Assembly: GCA_016235455.1 (NCBI GenBank)
Contig: JACRKZ010000073.1
Span: forward strand, 1-64,000
Length of the DNA: 64,000 nucleotides
Direction of reading: 5' to 3'
Source of the DNA: Armatimonadota bacterium
GTDB taxonomy: Bacteria > Armatimonadota > UBA10988
This document shows positions 1-17,807 of the stretch, in pieces. The position numbers were made by a program, and so were the translations under genes. How positions within the stretch are numbered: position 1 is the stretch's first letter; each line of letters begins with the position of its first letter. The notes beneath the pieces were generated by a model. The model had not been told where the DNA came from. It saw only the letters and a program-made list of their open reading frames with translations, and did no database searches.

Positions 1-1649
1 CCGGCGCCGGTGGCCCACAGGTGTGATGCGTCGGCGCGCTTGGGCGCCTTGAGCCAGGCCTCCAGTTGGCCAAAGGCCTGGCTGCCGAACTGCGTGCCCC
101 AGGTGTTGACGTTGCCCGTGGCGGAGCCGTAGTGGTAGTAGAAGTGCGGGACGATGAGAAAGACGAACCACGGCGCGAGGATGGCCGCGACGATGATCCC
201 AGCGGTCAGGCGGCGGTTGTCGGAGTGGGTCTCCGAGACCATCTTGTAGCCTTCGAGCAGGTGCGGCATCGGATGGCTGGCGTAGGTGCGGTTGAACCAC
301 CACAGGCAGGTGAAGCCGACCAGGTTCGGCGCGCCGAAGGTCTGCGGGGTGAACAGCCGCGTGAAGGTGTGCGGCGGCGACATCTCGTGCATGTCGTGGG
401 TGGGGAAACCCATCTCGGCGCGAATGCGCGTGATCATGATGGCCAGCGCGAAGTAGACCAGGAAGAAGGCCAGGGCCACCAGCCCGGTCATACCGAGCTG
501 TGCTGCGAACCAGGTCAGCCAGGCCACACCGGCGATGGCGCCCCAGAAGGCGATGCGGTAGCCCCGGTCCTCGGTGTCCATGGGCCGGCGCCAGACCGTC
601 ACCGCTTGGCGCACAATGGCCGAGAAGTGGTCGCGGCCGACCCACAGACCCATGAACAGCAGGCCCACGTAGGCGCCGAAGGCCCGGTCGGTCGGCCAGG
701 GGTAGCCGCCGGCGCTGCTCCAGCCCATCTTGGCGCCGAGCACGCGCTCGGCACAGAAGATCACGTAGAACAGGAAGCTGGAGAAGGCCAGATCGATGGG
801 CATGAGGAACGCGATGCCGATGGCCCACGGGTAGATGGCCCAGCGCATGCCCTGCAGGACGTTGAACGGCGGCGCTGGGAACCAGGCAGCCATGCCGTGG
901 CGGCCGGTGGGCACGGTGGGCACGGCCGGATACAGCTCATGCAGGCCGGCCACCAGGGAAAGCAGACCCGCGGTGGCGAAGCCGGCCCAGAACATGCGCT
1001 GGCCATACAGCTCCCGCGGCCGCTGCACCAGGGCCAGGGGCAGCTGCAGCACCGGGTAGCTGAGCCGCTCGTGCTCAATCCAGCGCTTGCGCAGGAGCTG
1101 AGTGAAGCACAGCATGGTGAGCAGCAGCACGGTGAGGAAGGTCGACCACCAGAAGGCGGGCCGGGCCCAGCCGCGCAGATGCTCGGCGGTCCAGAACGAG
1201 CTGTTGCCCAGGTAATAGTCGTCGAAGACGCGGGGGTCCTTGATGAACAGCCAATCGGGCAGGCGCTGGAGGAAGAGCTGGTCCCAACGGTTCTCTGGAC
1301 GCGCGAACTTCCACGGATGGGGCAACATGGTGATCAGGATTTCCATCATGTTGTGGCTGCAGAGCGCGCCCTGCACCGACAGCATGACGTAGACCACGAT
1401 CAACTCACCGGGCCGCAGCGCCCAGCGCGGCACGAGCCGGGCGACGAGGGTATTGAGGAGCGTCAGGGCGAACAGGAAGCAGACGACGTTGAAGAACGGC
1501 GCCGCATAGGTGGCGAAGCAGTAGAAGACCACCTCGATGTGGTAATTCCAGGCCACCAGCAAGGGCATCAGCAGCGCGCCCAGCGCGATGGCTCGAAACG
1601 TCAACCAACCACGGCCTTCGGTTCGCTCCAAGGTCGTCTTCCTCCTCAT
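1..1649 (-). CDS. DUF6785/DUF6784-like multi-pass membrane protein (putative transporter), runs off the left end of the window
   Basis: Manual minus-strand translation from ATG 1649: MRRKTTLERTEGRGWLTFRAIALGALL..., GELIVVYVML, ERLSYPVLQLPL, FYPWAIGIAFLMP, RIRAEMGFP. Many TM segments. Absent from the ORF track because it has no stop in the window. An alternative TTG start at 1631 follows AGGAGG. Confidence 0.75.
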   Translation of the reverse strand, partial: MRRKTTLERTEGRGWLTFRAIALGALLMPLLVAWNYHIEVVFYCFATYAAPFFNVVCFLFALTLLNTLVARLVPRWALRPGELIVVYVMLSVQGALCSHNMMEILITMLPHPWKFARPENRWDQLFLQRLPDWLFIKDPRVFDDYYLGNSSFWTAEHLRGWARPAFWWSTFLTVLLLTMLCFTQLLRKRWIEHERLSYPVLQLPLALVQRPRELYGQRMFWAGFATAGLLSLVAGLHELYPAVPTVPTGRHGMAAWFPAPPFNVLQGMRWAIYPWAIGIAFLMPIDLAFSSFLFYVIFCAERVLGAKMGWSSAGGYPWPTDRAFGAYVGLLFMGLWVGRDHFSAIVRQAVTVWRRPMDTEDRGYRIAFWGAIAGVAWLTWFAAQLGMTGLVALAFFLVYFALAIMITRIRAEMGFPTHDMHEMSPPHTFTRLFTPQTFGAPNLVGFTCLWWFNRTYASHPMPHLLEGYKMVSETHSDNRRLTAGIIVAAILAPWFVFLIVPHFYYHYGSATGNVNTWGTQFGSQAFGQLEAWLKAPKRADASHLWATGA

Positions 1650-1759
1650 ACGCGCGCGACGCGATCATCCCGACTCGCGTTCGGCCACCCATGATACGGG
1701 CAAGAGGCCCAACTTTCCAGGTGGCGCGGTACAAAGAGACTGCAGGTTGGCCCCGGCGG

Positions 1760-2386
1760 CTACAGTTGCCGCATGACCATGACGGCTCGCCCCAGGATCT
1801 GCAGGTCGTCGCCGGGGCCGAGGTAGATGGGCTCCATGGCCTGGTTGGCCGGCTGCAGGCGCACGCGGTCGCCCTCGCGGAAGAAGCGCTTGAGCGTGGC
1901 GCTGCCCAGGTCGATGTGGGGCGCCAAGGCGACGACCATGTCGTGGTCAGTGGCGGTCTGCTGCTTGCGGCAGATGACCACGTCGCCGTCGAGGATGCCA
2001 TCCTCGATCATCGACTCGCCCCTGACCCGCAGCGCGAAATGCTCGCCGCTGCCAATCTGGTTGAGGCTGACGGTGACCCAGCCCTCGATGTTCTCTTCGG
2101 CGAGGATCGGCGAACCGGCGGCGACCTGGCCCAGAAGCGGCACTTCCACCGTCTCTTCGGGCTGATAGTCGGTGTCCATGATCTCGATGGAGCGAGCCTT
2201 GCCGCGGTCACGCTTGATGAAGCCGCGCTTCTCGAGCGTCTCCAGATGGCGATAGACCGTGCACGGCGAGGAGAGGCCGACCCCGTCGCCAATCTCGCGC
2301 ACCGCTGGCGGCCGCTTGTAGTTGCGCTGGAAATCTCGGATGAACGACAGGATCTGTTCCTGTCGCGCGGTCAGATTCTCGCCCAT
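1760..2386 (-). CDS. lexA: LexA SOS repressor
   Basis: N-terminal wHTH (LTARQEQIL..PPAVREIG), Ala-Gly cleavage site VAAG, catalytic Ser in GESM and Lys in ATLKRF. SD GGAGGAGG upstream. Confidence 0.97.
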   Translation of the reverse strand: MGENLTARQEQILSFIRDFQRNYKRPPAVREIGDGVGLSSPCTVYRHLETLEKRGFIKRDRGKARSIEIMDTDYQPEETVEVPLLGQVAAGSPILAEENIEGWVTVSLNQIGSGEHFALRVRGESMIEDGILDGDVVICRKQQTATDHDMVVALAPHIDLGSATLKRFFREGDRVRLQPANQAMEPIYLGPGDDLQILGRAVMVMRQL

Positions 2387-2399
2387 GCGTCGCCTCCTC

Positions 2400-2453
2400 C
2401 AACTGCCTGTTCGCAGTCTAGCACGAATCGATGTTCGCGCAAACTGCTGTTCT
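2400..2453 (-). promoter_or_regulatory. lexA promoter (extended -10 TGC-TAGACT at 2423-2415) with tandem LexA (GAAC-N4-GTTC-type) boxes
   Basis: Minus strand reads AGAAC-AGCA-GTTTG (2453-2440), CGAAC-ATCG-ATTCG (2437-2424) and the weaker CGAAC-AGGC-AGTTG (2413-2400), directly upstream of lexA. Confidence 0.75.
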
Positions 2454-2493
2454 CTTTGACCGACGAGTCGGCGTGGAGTTGCGGCGGCTCGGC

Positions 2494-3816
2494 TCAGAGC
2501 TTGAGCAGCGTCCCGGCGACGGAGTGGCCGGCCAGGGCGTTGCGGGTATCGACGATGATGGGTGCGTGCTGGGCCACCAGGTGCCAGTCCACGGCGCGGT
2601 GGTTGGTGACGACCAGCACCGCATCGGCCGCGGCCAACTCTTCAGCGGTCAGCTCGACCGCGGTGAGGGCCAGGCCGTCGGTGCGCAGGCTGGGCACATA
2701 AGGGTCGGCGTAAGCCAAGTTGGCGCCGCGCTGATGGAGCAGTTGCAGGATGGTCAGCGCCGGGCTTTCGCGGATGTCGTCGACATCGGGCTTGTAAGCC
2801 ACGCCCAGCACCAGGACGCGCGAGCCGCGGATCGGCTTGCTGGCGTCGTTGAGCGCGTCGGCCAGTTTGCTCACGACGTGGCGCGGCATATCGGAGTTGA
2901 TGCTGTCCGCGAGAGCGATGAAGCGCGCCTCATAGTCCATCTCGCGCAGCTTCCAGGAGAGATACAGCGGGTCGATGGGGATGCAGTGCCCGCCGAGTCC
3001 CGGGCCCGGCGTGAAGCGCATGTAGCCAAACGGCTTGGTGGCCGCGGCGTCGATGATCTCCCACACATCAAGCTCGAGGCGGTCGCACATGAGGGCGATC
3101 TCGTTGACCAGGGCGATGTTGACCGCGCGGAAGGTGTTCTCCAGCAGCTTGACCATTTCCGCCGCCGCGGGGCTGGCCACGCGCACCACGGTATCCACGG
3201 CCATGCCGTAGAGCGCGGCGGCGACGTCGCCGCAGGCCGGCGTGACGCCGCCGATGACCTTCGGCGTGTTGCGCGTGTTGAAGCGCTGATTGCCCGGATC
3301 GACGCGCTCGGGCGAGAAGGCGACGAAGACGTCGACGCCGGGCCGCAGGCCGCGTTCTTCCAGGCGGGGGACGATGAGTTCCTCGGTGGTGCCGGGGTAC
3401 GTGGTGGATTCGAGCACGACGAGCAAGCCCGGATGGGCGTACTGGGCGACACGTGCGGCGGCGTCGACCACGTACTGGATATTGGGGTCCTTGGTCTTGC
3501 GCAGCGGCGTCGGCACGCAGATGCTGACCGCATCCAGTTCGGCGATGGCGGCGAAGTCCGTGGTGGCCGTGAGTTTGCCGCTGGCCACCAGCTCGGCCAG
3601 GTGGTCCTGGGGCACATCGGCGATGTAGCTGTGGCCCGCGCGGATGGCAGCGACCTTCTCGTCCGACACATCGATGCCCACGACCGTCAGACCGGCTCGC
3701 GCGTACTCACAGGCCAGGGGCAGCCCCACATAGCCCAGACCTATGACGCCCACGCGCAGTTCGCGGCGCTCCAGGCGCGCGATCAGTTCGGCCTTCCAGT
3801 CTGTGGTTAAGGACAT
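2494..3816 (-). CDS. UDP-N-acetyl-hexosamine/nucleotide-sugar 6-dehydrogenase (WbpA/WecC family)
   Basis: GLGYVGLP Rossmann motif, CVPTP, ESTTYPGTT, SPERVDPG, KLLENTFR, catalytic GGHCIPIDP, AYKPDVDDIRESP. Confidence 0.93.
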   Translation of the reverse strand: MSLTTDWKAELIARLERRELRVGVIGLGYVGLPLACEYARAGLTVVGIDVSDEKVAAIRAGHSYIADVPQDHLAELVASGKLTATTDFAAIAELDAVSICVPTPLRKTKDPNIQYVVDAAARVAQYAHPGLLVVLESTTYPGTTEELIVPRLEERGLRPGVDVFVAFSPERVDPGNQRFNTRNTPKVIGGVTPACGDVAAALYGMAVDTVVRVASPAAAEMVKLLENTFRAVNIALVNEIALMCDRLELDVWEIIDAAATKPFGYMRFTPGPGLGGHCIPIDPLYLSWKLREMDYEARFIALADSINSDMPRHVVSKLADALNDASKPIRGSRVLVLGVAYKPDVDDIRESPALTILQLLHQRGANLAYADPYVPSLRTDGLALTAVELTAEELAAADAVLVVTNHRAVDWHLVAQHAPIIVDTRNALAGHSVAGTLLKL

Positions 3817-3832
3817 CTCTTCCTCCGGTCGT

Positions 3833-3862
3833 ATGGTAGCCCCGAGTCCGCCTATGCGGCAA
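3833..3862 (-). promoter_or_regulatory. sigma70-like promoter TTGCCG-N18-TACCAT for the sugar dehydrogenase
   Basis: Read on the minus strand just upstream of the SD and ATG 3816. Confidence 0.45.
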
Positions 3863-3893
3863 GTCGAGCGCCGAACTGGGCGTTGCCAGGACG

Positions 3894-4508
3894 TTAAGAG
3901 GTGGCCGGCTCCGCTTCATCCTCGGCGGCCAGCGTGCGTTGCCACGCGGCGGCGGTCTGGCGTTCCAGCCAGGCTCGACCGCCATCGTTGACAATCACCT
4001 CGTTGGCCATGCGCACCTTGTCGGCATCGCTGCCTTGGGCCGCGATGCGGGCGCGGGCGTCCGCTTCGTCCATGCCGCGCAGGTGCACGAGGCGCTGCAC
4101 GCGCAGTTCAAGCGGCGCCGTGACCACCCACAGCGCGTGGCAGTCGCGGTGGTAACCCGACTCCACCAGCTTGATGGCCTCCACCACGGCCACCGGCGCG
4201 GTGCAGGCCGCGATGCGTTCGGCGCGGCGTTGGGCCACGAGCGGGTGGACGATACGTTCCAGGTCGGCCAGGGCGGCGCGCTCGGCGAAGACGATGGCGC
4301 CCAGCCGGGCCCGATCGAGCGAGCCGTCGAACCGCAGCAGGTCGTCGCCGAAGCGCTCGGCCACGGCCGCGAGTCCTGGCGAGTTGACTGCCAGGACCTC
4401 GTGCGTGAGCTGATCGCAATCGATCACGTCGGCGCCGTAGGCGCCCAGCAGTGCGGCCACCGACGACTTGCCCGCGGCGATGAGGCCGGTGAGTCCGACG
4501 ATGAGCAT
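3894..4508 (-). CDS. coaE: dephospho-CoA kinase
   Basis: MLIVGLTGLIAAGKSSV P-loop, VIDCD, LDRARLGAIVF, LERIVHP, ARIAAQ, VIVNDG. Confidence 0.95.
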   Translation of the reverse strand: MLIVGLTGLIAAGKSSVAALLGAYGADVIDCDQLTHEVLAVNSPGLAAVAERFGDDLLRFDGSLDRARLGAIVFAERAALADLERIVHPLVAQRRAERIAACTAPVAVVEAIKLVESGYHRDCHALWVVTAPLELRVQRLVHLRGMDEADARARIAAQGSDADKVRMANEVIVNDGGRAWLERQTAAAWQRTLAAEDEAEPATS

Positions 4509-4638
4509 GAACGTATCCCGCCGGGAGGCTACCACGGCGTTCACACGCCCGTCAACGTCGGCACCGCGTGGTCGGGGTACATAGCAGACAGGTATAAGAT
4601 CACCGTCTGGGCCGGAACTCGATCGGCGGACGGGAGCG

Positions 4639-5460
4639 GTGATGATCCATGTAGGCACCTCGGGCTACAGCTACGACGACTGGCATGGGCCGTTCTACCC
4701 CGAACGGCTGGCGCCGGCCGAGCGTCTGGCCTGGTATGCGCGGTTCTTCGACTGCACGGAGATCAACACCACCTACTACCGGCAGCCGACCGAACGCCTG
4801 TGCGCCGGTCTGGCGGCCAAGGTGCCAGCGGCGTTTCGCTTCGCGGTGAAGGCCTGGGGCGGCCTGACCCACGACCACGAGGCGGCTACGCGCGCGGACT
4901 TCGTGCGGTTCGAGCGAGCGCTGGCGCCGTTGGCCGAGCAGGGGCAATTGGCCTGCGTGCTGGCCCAGTTCCCGCATGGCTTCGCGCCGACACGGGCCAC
5001 CGTGGCTTACGTGCGGCGCCTGCGCGACGAGTGGCCGGCGCTGCCGCTGGTGGTCGAGTTCCGCCACGTGGGTTGGCACGACGAGCGCGCGGCGCAGCTG
5101 GCGGTTGACCTGGGGCTGGGCTGGTGCAATGTGGATGAGCCGGCGCTGCCTGGCCTCCTGCCGGCCACCGAGCGATGCACCGCGGATCCCGCCTACGTGC
5201 GGTTCCATGGGCGCAACGCGGCGCGCTGGTACAACCACAGCGAGGCCTGGGAACGCTACGACTACCTGTACGACACACAAACGTTGCACGAGTGGGTGCC
5301 GCGCATAAAGCGGCTGGCCGACGCGGCCGATAGTATCTACGTGTTCTTCAACAATCACTATGTGGCGCAAGCCGTGGTCAATGCCCGTGATCTGCTCGAT
5401 GAGCTGGGCCTGAACCCAGGCGAGTCGGACGCGGCGGAGGCGGTTGATGTCAACGGATAA
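4639..5460 (+). CDS. DUF72 domain protein
   Basis: HVGTSGYSYDDW, EINTTYY, FAVKA, LAQFP, VEFRH, YVRFHGRN, YDYLY, FFNNH. Confidence 0.93.
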   Translation: MMIHVGTSGYSYDDWHGPFYPERLAPAERLAWYARFFDCTEINTTYYRQPTERLCAGLAAKVPAAFRFAVKAWGGLTHDHEAATRADFVRFERALAPLAEQGQLACVLAQFPHGFAPTRATVAYVRRLRDEWPALPLVVEFRHVGWHDERAAQLAVDLGLGWCNVDEPALPGLLPATERCTADPAYVRFHGRNAARWYNHSEAWERYDYLYDTQTLHEWVPRIKRLADAADSIYVFFNNHYVAQAVVNARDLLDELGLNPGESDAAEAVDVNG

Positions 5461-5812
5461 GCTGGTCTGCAAGGCGTGTGGCTGCCACCTGGAGCACAGT
5501 GATGTGCGCCAGTTGGCCGTCTACTACCGGAGCGTCGACGCCTCGCTGGTGGCCGTGCAATATGTGTGTCCGCGCTGCGGCGCCACCGAGTGGCAGCGGT
5601 ACCAGGCCGAAGACTGGGCCGCCATGAGCGAGGTGGCCAGCGATCTGCCCAGCCCGTCCGAACTGCGCGAAGCCCTGGAGGACTCGCCCGACGAGGTCGT
5701 CGGCGCCGTGCCGCCCGGCCCCATCACGGTGGACGAGGTCATCGATTTTGGTCTGCGCATCCGCGCCCTGGCGCCCGGCGACCTGGCCGAACTGCGCGCC
5801 GGCCTGGCCTGA
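5447..5812 (+). CDS. small hypothetical protein with CxxC...CxxC zinc ribbon
   Basis: CKAC and CPRC pairs, C-terminal GPITVDEVIDF. Overlaps the DUF72 stop, with GGAGG SD upstream. Confidence 0.75.
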   Translation: MSTDKLVCKACGCHLEHSDVRQLAVYYRSVDASLVAVQYVCPRCGATEWQRYQAEDWAAMSEVASDLPSPSELREALEDSPDEVVGAVPPGPITVDEVIDFGLRIRALAPGDLAELRAGLA

Positions 5813-5905
5813 GCCGTCATCGACGACGCCCGGCGCGCCGCCGACTCAGCGCCCACGAGTTACCGTTCAGGTTGCGCGCGTGTGACAGCACGGCGACAGC
5901 TCCGA

Positions 5906-5934
5906 TTGACAGTTTGCGTGCTCGGTCGTAGGAT
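5906..5934 (+). promoter_or_regulatory. sigma70 promoter of rpoBC: TTGACA-N17-TAGGAT
   Basis: Consensus -35 at 5906-5911 and -10 at 5929-5934, in the ~470 bp intergenic region before rpoB. Confidence 0.7.
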
Positions 5935-6280
5935 AGTAGCTCACGCCTGAGGGATGATTCTGCCAAGGTGATTCCCGGGGCGCCAAGGATGCATCGACAA
6001 CCGCCTCTGTGTGGCTCGAAGGCTTGGGCAAACCGATGACCACGCGCAGCACTGTATGCTCTCAACACCCCCCGATCCTCCGGCTCGGGTGCCAGCCTCC
6101 TCCTGCGTCGAGGCCGGCATCTGGCAGCCTGCCCCCCACGACGAGCTGACGGCGGGTTGCCCCCCGTGCTCCATGCCCGCGCGGGAAGCCGTCTCCGACA
6201 CGACCTCCGAGCCCTAGAGCATGCTTTGCATGCGGTGGGGCGACGAGAGAAACAGCCTAGTTTCGAGGACCAGATCGCTC

Positions 6281-10639
<4,359 letters not shown>

Positions 10640-10658
10640 GTCTGGGGAGAACCCAATA

Positions 10659-16253
<5,595 letters not shown>

Positions 16254-16275
16254 GCCTCTCGTCATCTGATGGTCC

Positions 16276-16316
16276 AACGGCGAGCGTTCCGCGATGGTCG
16301 GAGCGCTCGCCGTTTG
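16276..16316 (+). terminator. hairpin after rpoC (probable intrinsic terminator)
   Basis: AACGGCGAGCGTTCCG ... CGGAGCGCTCGCCGTT stem with only a short T run. Confidence 0.6.
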
Positions 16317-16335
16317 GTGACCGGCGCCGGCCGCC

Positions 16336-16365
16336 TTGACCGCGACGCGGACCGCGGCGTACCAT
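16336..16365 (+). promoter_or_regulatory. sigma70 promoter TTGACC-N18-TACCAT for tRNA/purA
   Basis: Lies 10 bp upstream of the tRNA and is followed by GC-rich sequence. Confidence 0.6.
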
Positions 16366-16375
16366 GGTCGGCGGC

Positions 16376-16448
16376 GGGCCCATAGCTCAATGGTCAGAGC
16401 AGCCGGCTCATAACCGGTTGGTTACAGGTTCGAATCCTGTTGGGCCCA
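16376..16448 (+). tRNA. tRNA with CAU anticodon, most likely tRNA-Ile2 (lysidine-modified); CCA not encoded
   Basis: GGGCCCA/TGGGCCC acceptor stem, D arm GCTC..GAGC, anticodon loop CT-CAT-AA, T loop GGTTCGAATCC. G1-C72 is paired and there is no GGG/CCC anticodon stem, which excludes fMet. Overall pattern resembles known Ile2 tRNAs. Confidence 0.9.
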
Positions 16449-16525
16449 TGGCAGGCGCTGTCGTCCGGGCCGGTCGACAGGTGGATTGCAGGCAGTCGGT
16501 CGTTTCGCATTCGGAGCGTATTCCC

Positions 16526-17803
16526 ATGTCAGTGAAGGCAGTTGTTGGCGCCCAGTGGGGCGACGAGGGTAAGGGTCGCGTGGTCGACCTGCTGGCGCAA
16601 GAGGCGGACGTCATCGTGCGCTTCCAGGGCGGCAGCAATGCCGGGCACACGGTCATCAACGAGCATGGCAAGTTCGCGCTCCACCTCATTCCGTCGGGCA
16701 TCTTCAACCCCGGGGCCTGGAACCTGCTGGGCGCCGGCACGGCCGTCAACCCCGGCGAGCTGTTGGCGGAGATGGACCATCTGGCCGAGGCCGGTGTCAA
16801 GCTCGATCGGCTCATCATCTCCGAGCGTGCGCATGTGGTCATGCCTTACCACCAGGTGCTCGACGGTCTCGACGAGGCCAAGCGCAGCAAGGGCGGCTCG
16901 GCCATCGGCACCACCAAGAAGGGCATCGGCCCCTGCTACACCGACAAGGCGGGCCGCATCGGCCTGCAGGTGGGCGACCTGCTTGACCGCGACTGGCTGG
17001 CCAAGCGCGTCGTCGAACTCGTCGCGGCCAAGAATGAGCTGATCACCCGCATCTACGAGGCCGAGCCGATGGATGCCGAGCAGGTGCTGGAGACGGTCTG
17101 GGCGCAGGCTCAGCGGCTGCGGCCGCACATCGGCGACACGCTGGAGGTGCTCGATACGGCGGTGGCCGCCGACCAGCACATTCTGCTCGAAGGCCAACTC
17201 GGCGCGCTGCGGGATTTGGACTGGGGCACCTACCCGTATGTCACCTCGTCTTCGCCCACGGCCGGCGGTGCCGCGGCGGGTGCTGGCTTGCCGCCGTACC
17301 TGATCACGTCCGTGGTCGGCGTGGCCAAGGCCTACACCACGGCCGTCGGCGCGGGTCCGTTCCCCACCGAGTTGGAGGACGAGGTTGGCCAGCGGCTGCG
17401 CGAGGTGGGCGGTGAGTATGGGGCCACCACCGGTCGGCCCCGTCGTTGTGGCTGGTTCGATGCGGTGGCTGTACGCCACGCCGCGCGACTGAGCGGCTTC
17501 ACCGAGCTGGCTCTGACCAAGCTCGATGTGCTCGACGACTTCGGTGAGATCGGCATCTGCACCGGCTATCTGCTCGATGGCGAGCCCATCTCGCGCGTGC
17601 CGCTGACCCGGCAGCTTGAGCGGGTGACGCCCGTCTACGAGACGATGCCCGGCTGGCAGAGGCCGACCGTGGACTGCCGCGTATTCGCGGACCTGCCGGC
17701 GGCGGCACAGCGGTATGTGGAACGGCTGGAGGAGATCTGCGCCGTGCCGATCCGCCAGATCAGTGTCGGCGCCGAGCGCGCGGCCATGGTCGAACGAGGG
17801 TAG
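16526..17803 (+). CDS. purA: adenylosuccinate synthetase
   Basis: GAQWGDEGKG, RFQGGSNAGHT, IGTTKKGIGP, GTYPYVTSS, EYGATTGRPRRCGWFD, TKLDVLD. Confidence 0.98.
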   Translation: MSVKAVVGAQWGDEGKGRVVDLLAQEADVIVRFQGGSNAGHTVINEHGKFALHLIPSGIFNPGAWNLLGAGTAVNPGELLAEMDHLAEAGVKLDRLIISERAHVVMPYHQVLDGLDEAKRSKGGSAIGTTKKGIGPCYTDKAGRIGLQVGDLLDRDWLAKRVVELVAAKNELITRIYEAEPMDAEQVLETVWAQAQRLRPHIGDTLEVLDTAVAADQHILLEGQLGALRDLDWGTYPYVTSSSPTAGGAAAGAGLPPYLITSVVGVAKAYTTAVGAGPFPTELEDEVGQRLREVGGEYGATTGRPRRCGWFDAVAVRHAARLSGFTELALTKLDVLDDFGEIGICTGYLLDGEPISRVPLTRQLERVTPVYETMPGWQRPTVDCRVFADLPAAAQRYVERLEEICAVPIRQISVGAERAAMVERG

Positions 17804-17807
17804 GGCG

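Noticed and set aside
66-1694. 542-aa plus-strand ORF and the many other long antisense or alternate-frame ORFs (e.g. 8198-10762, 17715-20594, 47791-50379)
   Set aside because: Shadow ORFs expected in high-GC DNA. They lie opposite or across genes with clear motifs and have no recognisable domains.
5883-5913. GACAG direct repeats upstream of the rpoB -35
   Set aside because: Short, with irregular spacing (11 and 13 bp), and one copy is the -35 itself; not distinguishable from chance.
16376-16448. Initiator tRNA-fMet, or a tRNA used as an integration site
   Set aside because: The 1-72 pair is matched and there are no three G-C pairs in the anticodon stem. No integrase or duplicated tRNA 3' end is seen nearby.
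16364-16525. N-terminal extension of purA in the ORF track
   Set aside because: It runs through the tRNA gene; the real start is ATG 16526 with a GGAG SD.
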